Positions 1 through 9,800 of a DNA stretch of 64,000 bases are shown piece after piece (within the stretch, counting starts at the first letter, position 1; the number at the start of each line of letters is the position of its first letter). Under the pieces are notes generated by a model. It was given only the letters and a program-made list of their open reading frames with translations, made no database searches and had not been told where the DNA came from. The DNA lies in NCBI GenBank assembly GCA_018302815.1, contig JAGVZE010000009.1, positions 56,149 to 120,148 on the forward strand, given 5' to 3'. Source of the DNA: Candidatus Woesearchaeota archaeon (GTDB lineage Archaea; Nanobdellota; Nanobdellia; Woesearchaeales; ARS49). A program made the position numbers and the translations under genes.

Positions 1-54
1 GTAATTTTTGCCACAAGCCAACAGGAAATCGTCGCGAAAGAACTAATAAAATTC

Positions 55-360
55 ATGGCCTCCAAAAAAGGAGAGATAGACAAAACAACCATGAGCGAGT
101 TCGCCACAAAACTGCACGACGGCAACTACGAATGCATCCTAGAAGAAGCGCCCTACAAAGGAAAACGCGTCAAGCTATCATATAACAAACGACAATTCTA
201 CGACAGAATATTGACGCCGATGAAAGCCATGGGACTTATCGACTACGACCTGTACAAGAAAACATACAGAATCAGCGTCAAATTCGCGCAAGACCTTGCG
301 AAAATAGGCGCGATGTGGAAAGAAAAATGCAGACAAATGGGCATCCACGATTCCCAGTAA
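55..360 (+). CDS. hypothetical protein (possibly winged-helix-like)
   Basis: 101-aa ORF at the window start with a basic C-terminal half. No recognised motif. Confidence 0.3.
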   Translation: MASKKGEIDKTTMSEFATKLHDGNYECILEEAPYKGKRVKLSYNKRQFYDRILTPMKAMGLIDYDLYKKTYRISVKFAQDLAKIGAMWKEKCRQMGIHDSQ

Positions 361-392
361 ACTTTAAAAACCCCCATTCTAGGACTCGGATT

Positions 393-698
393 ATGAGCGA
401 AGACAAGTATGCATACGAAAAACCAAGCGCGCTGACATTCCATCTTGAAACAGCACTCAAGCTATACAGAAAATGCCAAGAGATGGAAATACCCGCGCAA
501 CTGCGAGAGATAGCGCTGGACCACGACCACATTGAAGCGTTTGAATCGCTAAGGCAGCTCGTCCAAGACGAACTACACAGACCATTTGTTTCGGCATTCT
601 GCTGCAGGTTCCCGCTACGAGAATACAGCACCATCCCCGACATAGAACTTTTGCGATTCGCGCTGCAACTCGAAGACAGACGCTGGTACAGATTCTAG
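393..698 (+). CDS. hypothetical protein
   Basis: Start taken at the internal Met (MSEDKY) of the 315..698 ORF to avoid overlap with the upstream ORF. No motif recognised. Confidence 0.25.
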   Translation: MSEDKYAYEKPSALTFHLETALKLYRKCQEMEIPAQLREIALDHDHIEAFESLRQLVQDELHRPFVSAFCCRFPLREYSTIPDIELLRFALQLEDRRWYRF

Positions 699-843
699 AT
701 TGTAAAACGGCTGGACGGCAGGCACGGACGCCCGGAGGACGGCTTGTCGACGGGACGGATTGACGGCAGAATAGAAGTCGGCTTACCGGCAGGAGGGTGG
801 ACGGAATGACTATAGATGACGTTAAACACCGCAAGTTTTAAAT

Positions 844-1131
844 ATGTTTAAACATAAACATACGTTCATGGCAGTCAAGACTATAACCGTGACCACAAAA
901 GCATACGAAGCCGTTAAAGGACTCAAACGCCACGATGAGAGCTTCAGCGAGCTGTTCACCAGAATAGGATACAAACGCGCAACATTCGACACTCTGCGCG
1001 GAGCGCTCAAGACGACGCCCAAGGAAGCGGAAGACTGGCACAAGAGACTGCGCGCCATCCGCGAAGAAATGAGCAAAGACATGGAGGAAAAGATAGAACG
1101 TGTACGTACTCGACTCAAGCGCACTCATTGA
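844..1131 (+). CDS. vapB: VapB-like antitoxin
   Basis: 95 aa. N-terminal 'KTITVTTKAYEAVKGLKRHDESFSELF' matches the archaeal antitoxin family that pairs with PIN toxins. Overlaps the downstream PIN gene by 32 nt. Confidence 0.55.
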   Translation: MFKHKHTFMAVKTITVTTKAYEAVKGLKRHDESFSELFTRIGYKRATFDTLRGALKTTPKEAEDWHKRLRAIREEMSKDMEEKIERVRTRLKRTH

Positions 1132-1477
1132 AGGAATAATCGACGGACCGCGCTCTCAACCTATCAGCGACTCGCTCACAGAGGAAGAATTCCTCACCAC
1201 CAGCGTCTGCGTGCACGAAATCCTCATCGGGGCGCGAAACAGCGCAGAACTATTCGTCCTCAAAGGCATACTCCACGCAGTTCCAACGCTCGACTACACA
1301 AAAGACTGCGCCGTCCACAGCGCGCAAATCGAACGTGAACTCAAGCGCGAAGGAAAACTCATCAATAAAATGGACATCCTCATCGCGGCCATCTGCAAAG
1401 CAAGCAATGCCACACTCATCACCCTCGACAAAGACTTCGAGAAGATAAAAGGATTGAAAGTGAAAGTTATCAATTGA
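1100..1477 (+). CDS. vapC: PIN-domain toxin VapC
   Basis: 125 aa. 'YVLDSSALIEGI' N-terminal PIN motif with acidic residues at the usual positions (D..E..D). Translationally coupled to the upstream antitoxin. Confidence 0.75.
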   Translation: MYVLDSSALIEGIIDGPRSQPISDSLTEEEFLTTSVCVHEILIGARNSAELFVLKGILHAVPTLDYTKDCAVHSAQIERELKREGKLINKMDILIAAICKASNATLITLDKDFEKIKGLKVKVIN

Positions 1478-2071
1478 TTATTTCTTGTTTCGTCCGCGAG
1501 ACTGCACGACCTTCAAACGCTCAAGAACTTCACTTGCATTTGGATTAGAATGACTGTAGCCTTTGATTATAAGATTGAAACATTCCTCATGGACATCATA
1601 ATGCCTGCTCTTTATGGCGTCGTGCAACACGTGCAAATCAACAGCCTTGTCCTCGACCTTCTTGCTGATGAAACTCAAACCGAAATCAATGACTGAAACA
1701 ACATCTTCATGCACGAGCAGATTTGATGTCGTAAGATCGCCGTGGACTATGTCGTTCGTGTGAAGTTTTCCCACAATCTTTCCTATCTGCTCGGCGAAAT
1801 GAACGTGATTGTCAAGAACGTCGCGCAGTTTCTTTCCCTGCACAAAAGACATCTCAACTTCCATCGTCTTGTCATCCATATCCAAAAACTTCGCAGAAGG
1901 AATGCCAAGCGCGTTCACCTTCTTTAGAATCGAGGACTCTCTTCGCGTGCGCTGCCTTCGCAATCTCTCATCAAGAACAGCAACACGATAATCTTTCTTC
2001 AAACGCTCCTTTACAACAACACCATCATGCTCAACAACAACCGCTTCCGCGCCACGGCCAAGAATGTTCAT
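1478..2071 (-). CDS. bud32: Bud32/Kae1-associated serine/threonine kinase (KEOPS subunit)
   Basis: 'ILGRGAEAVV' glycine loop and 'HGDLTTSNLLV' catalytic loop are typical of Bud32/PRPK. The start is taken at the internal Met (MNILGRGAEA) of the 1478..2125 ORF, which places it just downstream of the S3Ae stop. Confidence 0.75.
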   Translation of the reverse strand: MNILGRGAEAVVVEHDGVVVKERLKKDYRVAVLDERLRRQRTRRESSILKKVNALGIPSAKFLDMDDKTMEVEMSFVQGKKLRDVLDNHVHFAEQIGKIVGKLHTNDIVHGDLTTSNLLVHEDVVSVIDFGLSFISKKVEDKAVDLHVLHDAIKSRHYDVHEECFNLIIKGYSHSNPNASEVLERLKVVQSRGRNKK

Positions 2072-2078
2072 ACTAGAA

Positions 2079-2792
2079 TTAAGCCTGCAAAGGCTGCTCG
2101 GACGCCTGATCGAGCGGCTGTTCATCAGCTTGCTGCTCTTCCTTGCGCTTTGGCATCTTGATTTCAGGAAGCTTGTCAGGAGGCAAAGTAATCTTCAAAC
2201 CAAGCTCTTTGACTTTTTCAACAGGAATCACTTCAAGCATACGAATCTCGCACGCACCCACCGGATAAAGCCTGCGAAGCAATTGAGAAAGGCTTGACTG
2301 AAGCTTCTTTTGAACAATATCACGAATAAGAGTGTCGATATCAGACTGAGAAATAACCTTTGCTATAAACGCGCGCTCAAGCTTCTGCATAGTCGCAAGA
2401 ACGCTGCCAGTCGTGTTGCCTCGAGTCACTATGAGAGGCTTAATACGAATAATCTTCTTATCAGCACTTTCGACAATGAAAGAATCCTCTATCTTATTTC
2501 GCTTGCGACGCATCATCTTCTTTGCGGCCGCAGGAAGAAGCCTGTAACCAGTAAGCTCGGTCGTAACCATATCATTTTGGACGCCGACAATCTTGAAAGA
2601 AACACTGACATTCTGCTTTTGAGGATCGCCAGTCAAAACCATAAGGCTAACAGAAACGCACCTGCCGACAAGGTTGGCAGGTTCCTCGACAAAAGACTCG
2701 CCCAAAAGCTGATCGTTGAAAAGCTTAGGCGCAATAATCGCTACCCAACGCTTTTTTTTAATAATGACTGCTTTCGCAGGAGCTTTTACCAT
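2079..2792 (-). CDS. rps3ae: 30S ribosomal protein S3Ae (eS1)
   Basis: 'KKKRWVAIIAPKLFN' N-terminus and overall length and composition typical of archaeal S3Ae. Acidic low-complexity C-terminal tail. Confidence 0.8.
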   Translation of the reverse strand: MVKAPAKAVIIKKKRWVAIIAPKLFNDQLLGESFVEEPANLVGRCVSVSLMVLTGDPQKQNVSVSFKIVGVQNDMVTTELTGYRLLPAAAKKMMRRKRNKIEDSFIVESADKKIIRIKPLIVTRGNTTGSVLATMQKLERAFIAKVISQSDIDTLIRDIVQKKLQSSLSQLLRRLYPVGACEIRMLEVIPVEKVKELGLKITLPPDKLPEIKMPKRKEEQQADEQPLDQASEQPLQA

Positions 2793-2985
2793 AACGCGAA
2801 CAACACAGCAGGGGGTTTATAAACATTGCGGTCTCAGGCACGGAAGACGGCGGGACGGACGACGGTAGGAAGGCTGGACGGCACGAAGGTAAGACGGAAG
2901 ACGGATGAACGGCAGACGGAAGACAAATGCCTGCTGAACAAAATGTGTCACAATAGTTAAATGCGCAATTGCCCGAAAACAAATC

Positions 2986-4833
2986 GTGAGTTTGAAGAAA
3001 GCAAAAGAATTCCTCAAAAACGCAACCATCGCAGCAGCGCTTTCACTTGGCATCACATCAACTTCTAAAGCACAAGAAACACCCGCACCCGACGTACACG
3101 CCCACGCGAGCGCACACGGATTCGCAGGAGACACACAAGGATTCGGCGCAAGCCTTGACCTTCGAGACAACGACCTTGGAATACGAATAGACTACGCAGG
3201 CTCGCGCGAGTATCCCTTGAGAGAAGAATTCGCAAGCGCAGAAATCAACCTCTACGACATTTACGCAGGAGGCGGAGCGCTAGGAGAAAAATGGGGAGCT
3301 TACGCGGCATACCGCCCAGATTTTCGACTTGGAAACGACACAATCGCTTTGAACACCACGCTAAACCTGAGCGTTGGATACGGAAATGACAACTATGATA
3401 CGCAAGCGCTAACTTCCAAACTATACGCCGCAGGACTTGGCGCGCGCCTAGAACTTGACATCAACCCCTGCAGTTTCATCAACACAAAAATCGGAGCGTT
3501 CATCGAAGGATTCTCTGCAGTCCCGGACGATATCGCATACCAGCCACGCGACATCAACAACAAAAAACACAGATACGAATATTTATCGACAATACTCTCA
3601 CTCTCAGAAGCACGCGCGGGAGCTTACGCCGAAATAAACGCGGCGCTCTATCAAGACAAAGACTCAATAACTCTTCTGACTTTGCGCCACATCGCAGAAA
3701 ACGTACAATGGGACCTGAGCGTTCCAGCACTTCCCAACCTTGAAATAGACTATTTCGAAGACTTTGACATAGAGCCTTACGCAATACGCCACATCACCCG
3801 CGCAGAAATCACCCACGAAAGAAGATTCGGCCCGCTGCACTTTCTTGTCGGACTATTCGCCCAGCACACAATGGGCAGCAGAACATTCGAAACACCCCTG
3901 CACAGAAACGGATTCTCAACAGGAGCCACTTTGCTCTTGGATTACGGCATCGCCGACCTTAGACTCGAAGGAGAAATCTATTCCGCATCACAACTGCGAG
4001 AATACACAAGAAAAGAACCGCGCGCATCAATGCTAGCAGAACTCGGACTATCATTCGGAGGCGAAGAAAACGCCCTTCGCGCATTCACAGGAATCGCAAT
4101 CAACAGGTCGCGCGACGCATTCACGGGTCTTGCACAGGAAGGAACACTATTCTACGCAGGCCTCGCATACGAATTTGGCGCAAGCAGATGCAGATACGAC
4201 GCAGTTGACAACGCGAACATTGTACGCAGCACTTCTGAACGACAATTATACGCCGCGTGGCAAGCGCAAAACGCACCGCCTCAATCGAATGAGCCGAACT
4301 ACGGCGCAATCGTAAGAGAACGCCCAACCACGCCAATCACCATCACGCGCGACGAAGCACAAACCCTCCTTGATGTATTCCGAGGAAAAAAACCATTCAA
4401 CGACGCAAAAACAGTCATCACGCGCAACTCTGACCTCAACCGAATAATAGATGTAGACGCGCTCGAAAACATCTACAACCTAACAGGAAACTTAGACGAA
4501 GGACCAACGAGAGAAGGCATACAAGACAATCTACTAGAATCAGACATGCTCGTAGGATATTCCCAAGAAAACACCACTGTCAACATCTTCAACAACGCCG
4601 CAAGAGAAGACCTTGAACACACAGTCGAAGACGGCATCGTCCTTAGCATAACACCAAACAAAAGCGCGAGAGAGTTAATGGCATCACAAAGAAACAGCAG
4701 AGCGACACTCGTGCTTGGAAGAGACATCTATACTTTAAGAGCGCCCTCGACAGAAGCGTTCATGCGCCTCTTAGGCTATCGAAGCCTTGTAAGCGACCTC
4801 ACTGAACCTCGATTCGAGTTCAGACTACGCTGA
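2986..4833 (+). CDS. secreted protein of unknown function (signal peptide)
   Basis: 615 aa. N-terminal signal-like segment 'KNATIAAALSLGITSTSKAQE'. Rich in G/A/Y/N/D, as in surface proteins. No catalytic motif. Confidence 0.5.
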   Translation: MSLKKAKEFLKNATIAAALSLGITSTSKAQETPAPDVHAHASAHGFAGDTQGFGASLDLRDNDLGIRIDYAGSREYPLREEFASAEINLYDIYAGGGALGEKWGAYAAYRPDFRLGNDTIALNTTLNLSVGYGNDNYDTQALTSKLYAAGLGARLELDINPCSFINTKIGAFIEGFSAVPDDIAYQPRDINNKKHRYEYLSTILSLSEARAGAYAEINAALYQDKDSITLLTLRHIAENVQWDLSVPALPNLEIDYFEDFDIEPYAIRHITRAEITHERRFGPLHFLVGLFAQHTMGSRTFETPLHRNGFSTGATLLLDYGIADLRLEGEIYSASQLREYTRKEPRASMLAELGLSFGGEENALRAFTGIAINRSRDAFTGLAQEGTLFYAGLAYEFGASRCRYDAVDNANIVRSTSERQLYAAWQAQNAPPQSNEPNYGAIVRERPTTPITITRDEAQTLLDVFRGKKPFNDAKTVITRNSDLNRIIDVDALENIYNLTGNLDEGPTREGIQDNLLESDMLVGYSQENTTVNIFNNAAREDLEHTVEDGIVLSITPNKSARELMASQRNSRATLVLGRDIYTLRAPSTEAFMRLLGYRSLVSDLTEPRFEFRLR

Positions 4834-5014
4834 TTAAACGGCAAGACAGAGGTAGGAAGTAGGACGGACGACGGATGAACGTAGGATGGAAGACTGCGGG
4901 ACGGAAGGATAGCTTATGAACAGCATAACTACTTACTTTCGAACCACCGCGTTACAGACTTACAGCCAATCACAAACCGTCACATTTATAAACCACCCCT
5001 TATCCAATCAGACT

Positions 5015-5209
5015 ATGGGACGAATCAAAACACAGCTCATCAAGAGATTGACCAAAGACATAATCAAGATGAGCAAGCCTGAACTCGGACAAGAATTCGA
5101 GCAGAACAAGAAAGTAGTCGCAGAACTCATCAGCGGAGCCAGCAAGAAAATACGAAACTCCGTCGCAGGCTACGCAACCCGATTGATGAAAGTCAAAGAA
5201 GAATACTAG
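5015..5209 (+). CDS. rps17e: 30S ribosomal protein S17e
   Basis: 'MGRIKTQLIKRLTKDIIKM...' matches the S17e N-terminus (MGRVRTKxVKR...). Start taken at the internal Met at 5015 rather than the listed ORF start at 4916. Confidence 0.75.
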   Translation: MGRIKTQLIKRLTKDIIKMSKPELGQEFEQNKKVVAELISGASKKIRNSVAGYATRLMKVKEEY

Positions 5210-5217
5210 TTTTCTGC

Positions 5218-5232
5218 AAACCTTTTTATACG
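5218..5232 (+). promoter_or_regulatory. putative archaeal TATA box/BRE upstream of the tRNA
   Basis: 'aaacctttttatacg' lies about 28-35 nt upstream of the tRNA 5' end at 5258, the usual spacing for archaeal promoters. Confidence 0.4.
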
Positions 5233-5257
5233 CTCATAGATGAGTTTCTTTTCAAAC

Positions 5258-5371
5258 GGGCCTGTAGTCTAACGGATAGGATACAGGGCTTCGGACAGCG
5301 CCCTGCGATGATATGAGCACAAGCGTTGGCTAAGACACCCTGCGGTCTGGGTTCGAATCCCAGCAGGCTCG
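5258..5371 (+). tRNA. tRNA-Arg(TCG) with a 42-nt intron at the canonical 37/38 position
   Basis: The acceptor stem GGGCCTG/CAGGCTC pairs with one G-U. The T-arm is CTGGG-TTCGAAT-CCCAG. The anticodon loop is CTTCGGA (U33, anticodon TCG, purine 37). An approximately 42-nt insertion (5295-5336) lies between position 37 and the 3' anticodon stem CCCTG and can form a hairpin, consistent with a bulge-helix-bulge intron. No encoded CCA. Confidence 0.65.
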
Positions 5372-5372
5372 T
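5355..5372. repeat. attL: tRNA 3'-end core sequence 'gaatcccagcaggctcgt'
   Basis: This 18-mer recurs at 18608-18625. A 16-nt subset recurs at 18480-18495, and a 10-11 nt core recurs at 19559-19569. Confidence 0.7.
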
Positions 5373-5433
5373 AGTAATTTTTCTACTAATACCACAGGAA
5401 GGTTTATAAGCAACGCATCGACCCAGACCCGCC

Positions 5434-6717
5434 ATGAGACCATTTATCGACCAAAACAAGCGAGTCACCCAAAACCTCACCAGCCTACAAAAAAACGAAG
5501 CCATCAGCCCACAAAACAAGAAAGAGATAGCAGACATGGCTCGCAAGATGTCAAGCGAAGGACTCGCACCCGCAAGCATCGCCAAGTTCATAACGACATT
5601 CCACAACGGACTCGACAAGTGCGCACCGCCCAATTTCAACATGGCGAGCGCAACAGTAGATGAACTGCGCGAGTTTATCATCAACATCCAAAAATCAAAG
5701 TACAGCATCAAGACACAAGCCGAGATAAAGAAAGCCATCAAGAAATACTACAAGGGCAACGATAAGGAGCACCTTGTCAAATTCTTCAAGACAAGCATTC
5801 CGCAAAGCAAGAAGACAGTTCCCAACGAGGGAGATATGTTGACTCTAGAAGAGGTTGAGCGAATGATAACTGCTTGCAAAAATACCCGTGACAAGGCTAT
5901 CATCTCTCTCCTTGCTGAAAGCGGTATGAGAATAGGCGAGCTTGGCGCGCTTCAAATCAAACACGTCAATTTTGACAATCATGGCGCGGTTATCACAGTT
6001 CCTTCTGGAAAGACAGGAGCTAGGCGCATTCGTGTAGTTCAGTGTGAGCGTCACTTGCGTCAATGGTTGATGGACCACCCACACAAAGATAACGATGAGG
6101 ATTGGTTGTGGATAAACTTGAACGCAAGCCAGAAAAGCGCGCTCTATGATAGAATGGATTACGAGTGTATCCGCATGATGATTGTTAAGAAAGCGATAGA
6201 CGCGCAAGTTAGAACATACAAAGTACGAACTGTTGAAGATAAGAAGAGTCATAAACTTAGAGATGTTTATCGTACAAAGGTTCACCCGCACTTGTTCAGA
6301 CATACTGCCGCGACTCGGCTTGCCAAGTTTATGACTGAGCAACAACTCAAGATTTATCTTGGGTGGACTGCGGGTAGTGATATGGCGAGCGTGTACGTTC
6401 ACTTGTCTGGTAAGGATGTTGATGATACCGTGTTGAAGATGAACGGGTTGCAACCAATGGAAACGCAGGTTGAGAGCGTGCGGTGTCAGGCTTGTGGTAG
6501 GATGAATGCGTCTGAGAGTTCTTCTTGTAACACTTGTTTTAGACCTTTGAGTGTTAAAATGGCTTTGGTGAATGAGGAGCGTGAGAAGCACGCTTCGAAA
6601 GTTTTGGAAGCTATCATGTCAGGTGAGTTGAGTGTTGAAGAAATCAAGGCGTTCACATCAAAGCAGAAGAAAGCGAAAGTTTTTATCGAGCAACCAACTA
6701 ACGAGGGGTTAGTATGA
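5434..6717 (+). CDS. int: tyrosine recombinase/integrase
   Basis: 'HLFRHTAATRLA' is the HxxR box and '...ASVYVHL' the catalytic Tyr region. 'ESGMRIGELGALQ' is the Arg-I region. The C-terminus carries a CxxC...CxxC zinc-ribbon extension. Located next to a tRNA. Confidence 0.85.
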   Translation: MRPFIDQNKRVTQNLTSLQKNEAISPQNKKEIADMARKMSSEGLAPASIAKFITTFHNGLDKCAPPNFNMASATVDELREFIINIQKSKYSIKTQAEIKKAIKKYYKGNDKEHLVKFFKTSIPQSKKTVPNEGDMLTLEEVERMITACKNTRDKAIISLLAESGMRIGELGALQIKHVNFDNHGAVITVPSGKTGARRIRVVQCERHLRQWLMDHPHKDNDEDWLWINLNASQKSALYDRMDYECIRMMIVKKAIDAQVRTYKVRTVEDKKSHKLRDVYRTKVHPHLFRHTAATRLAKFMTEQQLKIYLGWTAGSDMASVYVHLSGKDVDDTVLKMNGLQPMETQVESVRCQACGRMNASESSSCNTCFRPLSVKMALVNEEREKHASKVLEAIMSGELSVEEIKAFTSKQKKAKVFIEQPTNEGLV

Positions 6718-6880
6718 AGAAAGAAATGCCTGTTTTGAATTTGAGACTGCTCGGAAAGACTTTCCGAATTTTCACATACGAAACATTGATGCGCAGGAAC
6801 AAACTCTGAACTTTGTATGGGTAGCTCGCAATAAAACGCTGACATAAGTATATATTTCAAAGCCCTTAACAGTTTGATAC

Positions 6881-9800
6881 ATGGTTGTTCCCAGTCTCCA
6901 GAATTATTCTATTGAGCGTTTGAATAAAGAAATCGCTCAGAACCAGCAACTTATCAGTGAATTACGAGGTCGTGCTGGTCAAGCTAAACGGATTGAGGGC
7001 GCGTCAAAAGGAATTCAACTTCTCCAACTTGAACTTACTTCTCGTCAGATTCAGCAACAGGCGGACGAAGGCATTATTTCTCAAGCTCAAGCTTCGGGTT
7101 TGATACAAGCTAGAGCGTCCAGCACACAAGCGAGTACGAAGCAAGCACCACTAAGCCCTTACGAACGCGCATTCGGACCCGCCAGCTTAACACGACAAGC
7201 AATATTAGCAAAGCCAACAGCACTGCAACAATTAGGCGGTGCGCCGTCACAAATCCAATTCCAAACCATCCCCCGAGAAGTGACATACAAAGTTGGAGAG
7301 CGATTCGGCGAACCAGTCCTAGTCACGCGAAGAGAACAAGCAACGCAAGCACTCCTGCCGTTCGGCAAACTTCAATTCGGCATTCCAGCAAGCCTAGCAT
7401 TCAGCCAAAAAGCACAGCTTGAAGGCATCCCCACCATCACAGACACCAGAGGTATCACCTTAACCGAACAGGGCGAGTTACGCGCTCGCCCAACAACTCG
7501 TTTCGAAAGCCAAACAGAAAAACAACTCCGAGAACAAGTACCGATGGCAAACCGAGCAGTGTTCGAAGCAGACATAACAAAAGAACCTCGCATTCCAGCA
7601 CGAGTCTTAACAGAAACAGAACAACGCGCACTCTTCGCGCCAGCATTCCAAACCAAAGCGAGCATACTAAGCCCACTACTCCAACGACGAGTGGAAGAAC
7701 TTTCACAACCAGAAACCCAACGACCATCCCCTTTCATAGAGCCAACACCAGAAGTGGGGTTGAGTTTTGATTTTCAAAGACAAATACTTGCAAGCCTGCC
7801 TCGACTTGTTGAGCAAACCGCGCAAGAACAAGGCATCACTCCACTCACCAAGTTCACTCGTAAAACTGATTTTTTCAACGCAAAAGAGTTCGGTGGTGAA
7901 ATTCGAAGCATCAGCGAAGAAGTAAATAAAGCCGTTGATTTTGAAAAACTCCTCGCGAAAGCAGGCATCAAAACATCAATACCAAGCAAGGCGATAAGTT
8001 TTGAAGAGTTCAAACTCGTCCCCCTCGTCAAAAAAATAACTCGACCAGAAGAAACTCGACAAAAGCTTCTCAAAGACATTGAGCAAACAGAAAAACTATC
8101 ACCTGCTCTTGCTAAGATAGAACGAGCGTTTGCAGATATTGAGTTCGGAGCGAGAGAGTACGCGAGCAGACCCAGCAACATAGCACTGACCGCCCTTACT
8201 GGTGGAGCGTTCGGACTTGCAGAAAAAGGCGCGCTGGCTGGACTGACTATTTTCAAAGGCGCAACACAAGCCGAAAAAGCGATAAGTAACATTAACAAAA
8301 TACTTCTTGGAGCAACAGCAGGACTTGAAGGTTTACGCATAGCGACAAGCAAGAAGCCTTTTGAAGAAGTCGGAGCCTTGCCATTCAAGCTCATCGCGTT
8401 TGGCGCAGGAGCACAAGCGACGAAAACACTTCTCACACGACAACCTTCAAGGGTTCAAGTTGGTGAGACTTTAATTTTGGAAAAACAAACCATTCCAACA
8501 AGCGAAGGACTGGTTCAAGTCCGAGGAACAGCTATCACTCCTGCTAAAATAACTAGAGTCAGCCCGATAGAAAAAATGTTGACAGACTTACGGTTCAAAC
8601 TCGAAGTTGGAAAAACAGAAGAGTTCAAAATCGTCCGACAGTTCAAAGGAGAAATCAAAATTGCTCGAGAAGAAAAAGTTGACTTGTATGGAGGTGGCAA
8701 AATCGTAAGTGAGAACTTGCGAATAGCAAAAGTCAGCGCGGAAATATTCTCGCAAAACTTGAAAGGCGAACTCGCAAAGTTCGCAGAACAATTAGCTGTT
8801 ATAACCTCATCAGGTCCGTCGGGAGCGAAGGCGTTAGGACAACTAAGAATTCGACGAGTGCGAAAAGGAAAACTCACGCAGAGCATTTTTGAACAAATCG
8901 CGGACATCCAACCATCAGAGATAGGGGGGGTTAGGGTTGTTACTGGAACTGCGAGGCTTCCAGCGATAAAAGGAAAAGTCAGGCGAGAACAGCCTTTCTT
9001 TGAAATTGGCGCGGTTGAAAAGTTCAAACCGCCAAGCCGTCAAAAAATTACTGACATTTTCGAAACAAACATTCGAGAACTGGCAGACAATCTTGACGCG
9101 AGCCTAAGAACTTTAACATTGAAGGAGACACCGCCGCGCAAGCCGTCCAAAAAAACAGTTGAAGAACTATTATCAATACTCCCTCAAGAAAGAGTTTTTT
9201 TCCGTGCGCGAAAAAGAGAAATAACGGCACGACAATTAGAAAAACGTTTCAAAGGAGCCGTTGTTAAACTCCCAAGTAAAGGAGCTTTCAAAGACGCATT
9301 AACTAGAGCGTGGGGCAAAAAAGGACAGTTCATTTTAGGACAGCCGAGTCGCATATCGACAGGCATCAGTCCACGCCCTGCGATAGAACCTGAATCGTTG
9401 AAAGTGAGCATTGATAGAGCACTCTCGCCGTTCCGAACGTTTCAAGTCCCGAAACAAGCTCTTTCACTAGCGTTCGAAAGAGATGTTAGTTTCACCACGC
9501 TCGCGCCAACACAAATTGAAAGAATAGCTCCTTCCAGACTAGCTGAACTTCCCAGACTGCAAACTCGAACGCTTCAAGATGTTGGAACTCAAACTGGTAA
9601 CGCTATCGCAACAATCGTTCAAGGCTTGGAAAAAACTTTGACAGGAACCAAGCCAATAGAAGGCATCAAAATTAAGACGATAACAGGACCGACAGCGCGA
9701 CCGATAGAAATAACCACGCCAGTCACAGGCGCAGGAACAGGAACCACTCCAGCCACAACGCCAAAAGAAGGAACAACCCCCAGACCACGAGGCGAGACAG

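Noticed and set aside
2310-2822. 170-aa plus-strand ORF
   Set aside because: It is antisense to the S3Ae gene.
5226-5741. 171-aa minus-strand ORF
   Set aside because: It overlaps the tRNA gene and the 5' end of the integrase gene, so it is incompatible with both.
7159-9411. Several 60-220-aa minus-strand ORFs
   Set aside because: All are antisense inside the 1091-aa plus-strand gene, which has a continuous 3.3-kb frame. They are treated as shadow ORFs.
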